Shown here: in pieces, positions 55,223-64,000 of the stretch
Layout of the letters: each line of letters begins with the position of its first letter
How positions within the stretch are numbered: position 1 is the first letter of the stretch
NCBI GenBank assembly: GCA_051362555.1
Contig: CM120640.1
Location: forward strand, 20,150,001 to 20,214,000
DNA from: Lingula anatina
Taxonomy: Eukaryota; Animalia; Brachiopoda
Length of the DNA stretch: 64,000 bases
Reading direction: 5' to 3'
Position numbers and translations under genes: made by a program
The notes under the pieces: model-generated
Told to the model about the DNA's origin: nothing
The model's database searches: none
The model's input: only the letters and a program-made list of their open reading frames with translations

Positions 55223-57083
55223 CTACCTCTTACTAAGCAAACCTAAACGTTTTTGTAACGCCCACTCCCGTGCCTCGTTTTCTTCCCTCACACTTTGATA
55301 TTTTTCTGTGTAATAATAATCCGACTCGTGCTTTTCCGGATCAGTGTTCAGAATGACGTATAAATTGCCATCTCTTTCGTGCACTTGATGCATTCGTTGC
55401 TTCTTTCCCAGGGATTTGTAAACTGGTGGATCCACGCCCTGCAGAAAAAAATGCCCTTTAGCGTAATCAGGCGAGATAAAAAAAAAAGAGGCCTCAAAAT
55501 AATAATAACAATGCTTAAAATACGCATGAAATTTAAAGAAAATATAAAGTGGGACGACCACGTTTCTTATAATAGGTTTCGCAGCATGTTTGCGTCCTCT
55601 ACCCACCCCACCCTCTACGTGCAGCTTTTGGATCCATTACTGCAATTTCAAACAGATCGTTGGATTGAACTAGGACTCAGTATACTGGGCCCTAGGATTA
55701 ACCCAAAACACCAATGAAAATAAAAGCAAAGCGATATTGTTTCTTACTGTGTATCCGTATATCGCTTCTCCAGATGTCAGACACAGGCCATAATTGTGCC
55801 ATGGACACACAATGCAGTTATATTTCCCCATTTCCTACAAAAAAAAATCCACAAATGAATATCAATTAGCTATAAATGCATCTATGCATCATTTTAAGCA
55901 CAAAGTGCAAAGCAAAAATTGAGCCGATCAAATAGCCGCGTTTCATAGATTAACAACAGTACTATCTCACTCCCTGATAACCACCACTAAGCATAGCAAA
56001 ACCCCTGTAAATTGAGGTCCTAATAAGTAGGATGAGGTTTACTTACCTCTATATCACCTGCTATAAGTGGTCCTCCTTGATCTTAAAAGAAAAAAACATA
56101 AAAACCACTATTAATGAAAACGTTGTACTCAATTGCATTTGCTTTATCAACCAAAATAAACTTCAAAATATTCTGAACTATTGCCCGATCGATAATCAGA
56201 ATCTGATATTCTTACATTTGAAAGTGATCTTCCCAAATTTGCACGTTGCTGGGCACGAAAGGCGGTCGTGTTTGCGTCAATATTTGTAATAGCTGATTTC
56301 AATTAGTACTTGTGAGGGTGCATAAAGAGAACTTTTTTCTCTGTTCATCGTTTCCGTGCTCACGTACTTACATATTTTTGCGCATGTCATTTTCACACGT
56401 CAACTTTGATCTTGATAAAAGCTTTTGCTTGCGTGCAACAGGATATATACAGTGCGATGTTACTTACGGAAACAAAACTGGTCCATAGCAGTGAATTCGC
56501 CCTTATAATGAAACAATAAAATTTCTCTTCCTTTTATATTGACCAGCTTCTTCCCCACTGCAATCAAATCTTCTTTGGAGCACGCTAAAACTGCTTCTTT
56601 TTCCTAAAATATCAGTGGAGTTAAAAAAAATCTGTTTGTAGACTTTGTTTATGTTACTCCGACGCCAGCTACTCAATTTCAAATCTCTACATAGGTACGC
56701 TAGGGAACATAAAATGAACATAACATGTAGTCGACTCTTTTCGGGGCACAATACTCCGGTTTCAAACTTAAAATCTGGAAAAAGAACAGTCCACCTTGCT
56801 GTTATAGCGTCTAAAAATGTAGCTACCCCCCCCCCCCCCCCCATCACGTCTAATCATGCAGTAATATTCGCACGTTAGGAAACATAGCGCACAACATAAA
56901 ATCCCAACAAGCGCTTTAACAATTAACAAACATCCCACGACTTTGTAATAGCAACCAAATTTATGGTATCTCACTACACAAATAATTCAAAATGATATTC
57001 TAATTTATGAATTAAGATCAACTACTATTTATCGCCATAAGAATAACGACCACAGAGAATTTTCTCACCTGCGCTGCGCCCAT
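55223..57083 (-). CDS. RFESD: Rieske [2Fe-2S] domain-containing protein; 5 exons, about 162 aa
   Basis: Exons 57069-57083, 56468-56603, 56047-56081, 55748-55834, 55223-55438 give MGAAQEKEAVLACSKEDLIAVGKKLVNIKGREILLFHYKGEFTAMDQFCFHQGGPLIAGDIEEMGKYNCIVCPWHNYGLCLTSGEAIYGYTGVDPPVYKSLGKKQRMHQVHERDGNLYVILNTDPEKHESDYYYTEKY...KR-stop. Rieske ligands CxH (CFH) and CxxH (CPWH) are intact. AATAAA on - strand at 54853-54858. Confidence 0.93.
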
Positions 57084-59166
57084 TTTTCGATGTTGATCAG
57101 TCTGATCAGTAATTCTACGTGAACTCAAAGAGGTATGCTTTCTTAAGAGTTTCGTGTGCAAATCTGTTTTAGCTTGAAGACCACGGGTAATGTAATATGT
57201 CTGTAACGTTGCGGTACATTAATCATAGATGGTACGTGACTGAGAAAACGTACGCATTTCACCCGCCGAGTTCACCGGGCATTACGGGCTAATGTGCGCC
57301 TATGTGTGCCCTCAAGGAAACAGGCGAGTTTGAGATACCGATCAACTTTGTGGTTTTTTAAAAACTTCTTCGTGTAATTTTTAAAAATCAAGAAAGAAAC
57401 AAATGTTGAAACAAAAACAGTTGTCTGTTGTGCTTCAATACAACACTGCTATATGGCAGAAAGACGAAGAATTTCCCTTCGGTAATACTTAATTCGTTGG
57501 CATAGGTGCCGGAAACCTTAATTGGGGGGGGGGGGGGCAGCCCCCGTCCACTTTTTTAAACAATTTTTTTTACTAATGGCTCGTTGAAGTATTACCACGT
57601 CGGCCAAGACCCCAGCAAACATAATTTATAATTTATTTTACCGTTATCAGTCGGTAATTGCTTTTTTTACCTGAATGGTAACCCAACCCCACCATATATA
57701 AAAGTAATGTATACGGGATTAACCAGCCAAAATAAATTTTCCGCGGAAAAAATATTTTCTCCTATTCTTGGAATTATTGTTCGATCCGTTCCAGCACTTG
57801 GATTCGAGGTTTTATTCCATTTTAATTCAATGATTTAGTTTTAAATGAGTGCCTTGCACATTTCAGAAGGGACTATCGACGTCAGGTACTTTTGTTTGAG
57901 GGTTGTATAGTCTGTAAGGTCTGAATTAGGAAATTTTAGTTGCTTTGCAGGTTATGTAAACCAAGTACTTATGGAGACGTAGGAAATATGACTTTGGGAA
58001 TATTTCAAACGCGTACAGAATACCATAAATTGCTCTCTAAACGGCTTTAGTTGGCATTGCATCACTAAATTTGAGATTTTAACAGATAGCAGATTAGCAT
58101 TTGTATTAGCAGATAGATGCATTGATGGACATCGTGGGCGGGAGGGAGTGTTTTAAATCAAAAGGTGGGATCAGCCTATTACCCTTCCAAATGGGCAGAA
58201 TAGAAATCAATAGACAGAGAAATGTTTTACGCATTCACCACTACGAAATGTCGCAAACTGCGTGCATGTTTCAATATTTTACTTTGCAGACTGTCATTGG
58301 TTACTGAAGCGTATCGCTTTTCAGAATCGTGACAGACATTGCTATAATGCACTGCTGGCATAATTTTTGTATAAATCTTTCAATAATGACGACAGGCAGA
58401 GTTATTTCCAAGGCCAACAGCATAGGACACCCTCATCTTATTGTGGTTAAGAGGTAAAGGTTCGTAAGGGTCTTTTATAACCCTGCTTTGTTCCGTCTCT
58501 GAAATAATGTGCCGAAAGTGATGCACCAGAAATGTCACCCATTTAGCCATAGAACAATAATAATTAAAAGAATACATACGACTGCATATATTCTATTTTG
58601 ACTTAAAATGAGGAATTACTTTGTTAGAAAAGATATTTCATTCACTTATGCTCAACTATTATGGCAACGAGCCATCATTGCAAGATAAAAAAATTCTTTT
58701 TGTATGTATAATACACAAACATTACCAAACTGAAGAACCTCTTCAAGTCTTATTTAATAATAACCTATTATATATAGCTTCCAAAAAAGGACACAGTTGT
58801 TTTTCAATGAAAGGCATACATTACATATTAAGAAGTTAAAAAAAGAACAAAAATGAAAAATATTAAAACTTTATTATTGCACATTTAAAGTCAAATGTAA
58901 AGTTTGAATTGTTTTGTATAATTATGAAGTTTTTTTTATCACAGATCTTCCTTAGGGCAGTCAAAAGATGACTAAATATAATGTTGTTTCCCTTTTTTTT
59001 GAAAGTTAATGAAATCAACAGCAGTGTTCACGAGTTGCTGATTAAAAAAACTGAAAAATAATGAGAAATAGTTAAATGAAGTAATTTTCATGATTCTGTT
59101 TCATAAATCAAAGTCAGATTTAATCAAAGTTAGCTTTAGATAATCGATTCATTAAAGGTAATACAC

Positions 59167-62100
59167 TTAGACTGCGTTGTTGATCCTGTTTCTGTGCCGT
59201 GGGAACACCATGAAGTAAAAGTGAATAAGCAGGCACTTGACGGGCTGGAAAATGATGAAATCCTCCAGTATGGCCAAACCAACCAGTAGCAGCCAGTGGT
59301 AGAGACTTTCGTCTTCAAATGACATGCCATAAATGGCAGTGACGAAAAATGACACAGCAATGGAACAAATCAAAAGTGCAAAGATGATGTATTTCACCCA
59401 GTGTGGAAGTAGTTTCTTAAATTCTCCCTTAACCATCATCTCTACATGCAGGAGTTCCTTATCATTCAAAGGTCTTGCTTCTTTATTTGGCTGTTTTAAA
59501 ACTGGATATTCATGATCTGAAAAAAATTAACCTTGAAATCATAGGACTGAATGACTCACATTTTGCATTCCCAAATCACTTAGAAAAAAAAAAAAAAAAA
59601 AAAAAAAGACTGACTGAATAACAGAACTCTGCTTTTTTTTACATGTAGTATAATCTTTCATGACTACATGATGGATAAAATAGAAATAAAAAAACTGAGA
59701 ACTACCTTCTTTTCCTACATCAACACTGACATCGAGAGCAACGTATTCTTCTGAAATGATAGAGTAGTTTTTAAGTATAACAACAAGTGGTAAAGAGAAC
59801 TCTCAAATATGAATGCTATTTGATTTCTTGTGCTTCAAATCTCTTCACTCTAGAGCAACTACAATATACATTATTAATATAAAAACTACTACTGGCAATA
59901 ATTATTCTTTTCAAAATCATAGCAAAAAAGCCAATACCTTGTTTAATATCCATGTCAATGACCACATCTTTGGATCCTGATGGCATGAAAGGAGCAATTT
60001 TACAGGCAGATAAGACAGCTTTGTTTCCGTGCATTTCCTCAAAGCGATCTACCTGTGGCAAAGATGTGCTTAATTTCTTGCACGGCATGGCCTTGTTAGC
60101 CTCTGACAGGGATCTGACTACAGAGTCAAGGCTTCTGCTCCTTCCTTCTTCTGAAATGATAGGGTAATTTTGAAGTACAACGACAAAATTTTAAGAGAAC
60201 TTTCAAATATGAATATTCATTGATTCTGCGGGCTTCAAATCTCTTCACTTTATGAGATGCAACAACTTATATCATAAATATCAGAACTATTTATTGGCAA
60301 TACTTATAATTATTTTCAATATTACAACAAAAAAGCCAATACCTTGTTTCATATCAGTGACCACATCTTGGGCTCCTGATGGCATGAAAGGAGCAATTTT
60401 ACAGGCAGATAAGAAAGCTTTGTTTCCGTGCATTTCCTCAAAGCGATCTACCTGTGGCAAAGATGTGCTTAATTTCTTGCACGGCATGGCCTTGTTAGCC
60501 TCTGACAGCGATCTGACTACAGAGTCAAGGCTTCTGCTCCTCCTTTTTTTTGCTGAAATGATAGATTAATATTGAAATACAACGACAAAAGGTAAAGAGA
60601 ACTCTCAAATACGAATGTTCATTGATTTCTTGTGCTTCAAATCTCTTTTTCGTTTTATGAGACGCTATATCACATATCATACACTGTAAATAATAAAACT
60701 ACTTACTGGCAATAATTATCATTCTTTTCAAAATTATAGAAAAAAGCCAATACCTTGTTTAATATCAATATCAATGACCACATCTTTGGATCCTGATGGC
60801 ATGAAAGGAGCAATTTTACAGGCAGATAAGACAGCTTTGTTTCCGTGCATTTCCTCAAAGCGATCTACCTGTGGCAAAGATGTGCTTAATTTCTTGCACG
60901 GCATGGCCTTGTTAACCTCTGACAGGGATCTGACTACAGAGTCAAGGCTTCTGCTTGCCCTCGGTAGTTTAAGGAGTCTTCCATTCTCTGCAGACATGAG
61001 GTAAGCATCTTTGAGACTTTCAAGCAAGTTTCTGCAATCTATGAGCTCTGAAAGTTAAAACAAATGCACATGCATCCATGTCACAGCTTAAAACCCAACA
61101 AATTTTTGTTGTATTTAAATGACTAATGCACATAGTCTACTATATAAAAATCCAATAACACTGATATACGAATTTTTAAAAATGGGGGACTGGGAATAAT
61201 TATCTTATCATATTTTTGTAAACTTTTTTATTTGGGAAATATTTTGCTACATGGGCCATTCTGAAGTGTATCTGTGGGTCTTTGATTGATCTTTTGCAAT
61301 ATTTCCTATAACCTTAGAAAAAGGTTCAGGGAAGGGGCGGGGGATATTGCCTTCTTCATCCACTTATGCAAAAATCTTTCATTTTTTGAAAATTAGATTA
61401 CCCTTTGCTATAACATGGTCATCTCCTAATGCAGTATTCAGTGCATCAGGAGTGGTATTCAGTGTTATTATTACCTCCACCAAGGAGGTTATGTTTTCAC
61501 CCCTGTTTGTCTTTTTGTTTGTTTGTCTGTCATCAACATAACTCAATAAGTTATGGACCGATTTTGATGAAATTTTCAGGAACTGTCAGAAGTGGGCCAA
61601 GGAACAGATGATTAGTTTTTGGTGGTGATCTGGATCAATAATCAATCAATAATCAATAGTAATAAAAAATTGCTGCCTTGGTGGAGGTCTGCCCTCTCGG
61701 AGTGCTTTTCTAGTTCAATTTATAAAATTTGACACAAAATTAAAGCTGTTGTTCCTTACCTTTGTGAACTGCTATGACATCCCCTAATGCAATGGAGGAA
61801 ACATCTGACTCATTGGAGGAAGCTGGACTCCCATCCTGAAAAAATCAAGAGAACCAAATCAGTAATTATCTTTTCATCAACCATTTTTCAAAGTGTGGAG
61901 TAATTTGTTAAGCACGATGTTACGCATTTCTGTATAACAACTGTTTAATTTTGCTTGATTATTCCCATTCAATATCTAGTTTTAATTTTTGCAGGAATAA
62001 TTGTAATTTATTCTGACAAAAAGAGTACAATAGTAATTTTCAAATTAGTTATATTGTTCTTTTTTTTAATTATTTAATTCATTTTCATTGTTTTAACAAT

Positions 62101-64000
62101 TAACATAACAATTATTCTAACCTCATATGGAAGCTCATGTTCTTTGAGGGGTAATCCCAGCATTTGTACAGCCTTCTAAAATACAATGTCAATTTCTTAC
62201 AAATACAAAGCAATTTATTTACAGAGCTGATCAAACTCATTATAATTTTCATAGAATTTTAAAAGTTGATATATCATGATTTAGTCAAACCACAAATCTC
62301 TCAAAGTTTTTATCCAGTAGATGAACAACAATAGTCCAAATAAAAGCGCATGGTCAATATTTGGCACAATTTGCATTTAATTGTGTTTGGTTGATAATAG
62401 TTACCTTCATTAAAGAAGCAGCAACATTTCTGGCGACTGTCTCAGAATAATTCAAAATTGATTCCTTTAATTCCTGTTCCTTTACAAACACATCCCCGAA
62501 GTTGTTCAGAGCCAAGAAGCCTAGCTGTACTGTCTCCTTGCATGCCTCCCAGCTGAAAAATCCATTTGGTTATTTAGTATTAAAAGTAGCTTTCATTAAC
62601 ATCATTTCCCTTATAATGCTAAATCTATTTCAATAGATAGATATTTTTATATGGATATATATTTGAACGTTCATTATGGCATTGACATTTTTTGCAGAGA
62701 AAACAAAAGGCTCACTTGTCATTATAAAATGCTTTGACATCCTTATGCAGAAGATCTTGGGCAAGTCTAATAGCTTGTTCTTTATCATGGCAGGCTTGAT
62801 CCTGAATTTGTCCATCACACTGGTGTAGAATGGCATGATGAGCTCTAATGATGGCATTAAAAACAAGTGCATCCAGGTAATGGTAAGTAAATGCCTGCAA
62901 TAATTGAAAAAAAAAGATGATGTAAAAAGCAAACACACACACATAGGTACATGTATATGCAAAGAAAGCAAAATGGTTATTAAAAGACATTGAGATATCA
63001 GTCCATCATCAACTTCATTTTGTATTCTAAATAAAGTACATAAGCCATTTCTCCCCATGTGAAGCTTCTTTTATGATCTTCTCCATTTTTTTGATGAGTT
63101 GGTGTACTATACCTCTATTATCATTTGATTCTTGTCATTTCTGATATCAATCACTTCTTTCTCCATAAGCTGCAGTACTTGGCCAACGATTGTATGTGTA
63201 GATGGAATGTCATGGTGTAAGCATTGCCCTGATAGTTGACTCTCAGTTTCTTCATTCTAGAAATGATAAAGGATTCAACCTCATTGACCATATAAAAAAA
63301 TCCCCCCTTTTGATCTTAAACTGAAATCAGTAAAATGCCCAGAGCTACTCACTCATTCAGAGACTGACTGGTAAACTTATCATGCGTTTGATATCTTTAT
63401 AAATATCTTTAAGGAAAGGCAAAACTTACTGTCAGCAGGCATGTGGAAGGGCTCTGACTACACAGTCTGTCAGCATCTAACTTGGTGGAGGTAATCTGCA
63501 GAAGACTCTCAACCAGTTCAATTGAAAACTCTTTCATAGCCATCTGGCTGACATCAGTGGCAATGTCACACATATCATCAAATGAGCCTAAAAGACCATG
63601 GGCGGTACCTTGGGCCAAATCCTTCACTGACTCAGCTGTAATGTCATCTGGTATGATTAGAAGCATCTTGAAAACATTCAAACCAGCATCTGGGTCATTA
63701 GCTATCATTTTGGAGATCAATTCACCCAGAGATAAATTGGGTCTGGTGCCAGCAATTATATTCTGAACACTACTCTGAGCTGTATATCCTGATGCCGTCA
63801 AGTTTGTCAGTGATGCCTTTTGTCTTGACTTCGACCTAGCTTGCATCAGTGGAACAGCTTCTTTGAGGTGGTTCACAGAAGCTGATGCAGACAGGTTTGT
63901 GAGACTACGACCATACACATAACCAGATTTTGTCTGCCGTGGTTTTAGATCTGGAGCAAATTTTCCACTGTGCACTCCAATCTCTTGTGTGACATTCTGA
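59167..64000 (-). CDS. 3' part of a large membrane protein gene with a polycystin-1-like (PKD1L/REJ family) TM pair at its C-terminus; 5' end outside window
   Basis: In-phase exons: 63430-(64000), 63113-63256, 62716-62894, 62405-62552, 62122-62175, 61760-61835, 60754-61047, 60343-60552, 59938-60150, 59706-59750, 59167-59516. The last exon LPHWVKYIIFALLICSIAVSFFVTAIYGMSFEDESLYHWLLLVGLAILEDFIIFQPVKCLL fits the LPxW...FFT.LY....W.......D.F..QP.K pattern of PKD1-like TM4-TM5. AATAAA on - strand at 58870-58875. Confidence 0.75.
59745..60955. repeat. Three tandem copies of a 405-411 bp exon-plus-intron unit
   Basis: Near-identical blocks encode SRSLDSVVRSLSE..KAMPCKKLSTSLPQVDRFEEMHGNKA.LSACKIAPFMPSG..DVV. 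Donors at 60754, 60343 and 59938. The introns are also similar. Confidence 0.95.
61465..61715 (+). mobile_element. Non-autonomous Helentron-associated element (HINE/DINE-1-like)
   Basis: Starts ttattacctccaccaaggaggttatgtttt, then a GTTT/GTCT microsatellite and core gattttgatgaaatttt. Sub-terminal inverted repeat acctccaccaagg / ccttggtggaggt, 3' stem-loop, ends ctagtt. Confidence 0.8.

Noticed and set aside
55223-55606. 127-aa ORF as a single-exon gene
   Set aside because: Only 55223-55438 is coding (last RFESD exon); the rest is intron read-through.
57501-57550. cataggtgccgga...poly-G as a DNA transposon end
   Set aside because: Resembles common MITE termini, but I could not find a matching opposite end or target duplication.
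59745-60955. Regular repeats as a CRISPR-like array
   Set aside because: Eukaryotic context; units are about 400 bp duplicated exon-intron blocks with no unique spacers.

Overview
AT-rich animal (invertebrate bilaterian-like) genomic DNA with intron-rich genes, so the ORF track shows only exon fragments. I assembled the genes by hand from GT-AG junctions and reading phase. In order: (1) the last exon of a + strand gene, probably MRGBP; (2) a complete 22-exon mind bomb 1 (MIB1) E3 ligase on the - strand (about 994 aa); (3) a 13-exon CABLES gene on the + strand, head-to-head with MIB1 (345 bp between ATGs); (4) a 5-exon Rieske protein gene (RFESD) on the - strand, largely missed by the ORF track; (5) the 3' part of a polycystin-1-like gene with tandemly duplicated exons that seems to stop before the channel domain. 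The main hidden feature is MIB1 intron 13 (30.4 kb). It carries the muscle microRNAs miR-1 and miR-133 on the opposite strand, with a candidate TATA/CCAAT promoter and CArG/E-box clusters. The miR-1/133-in-mind-bomb arrangement is known from other animals. The regulatory layout, the host-transcript structure, the MRGBP-MIB1-CABLES linkage and the truncated polycystin are my inferences. A Harbinger-type MITE and a Helentron-type HINE are also present.
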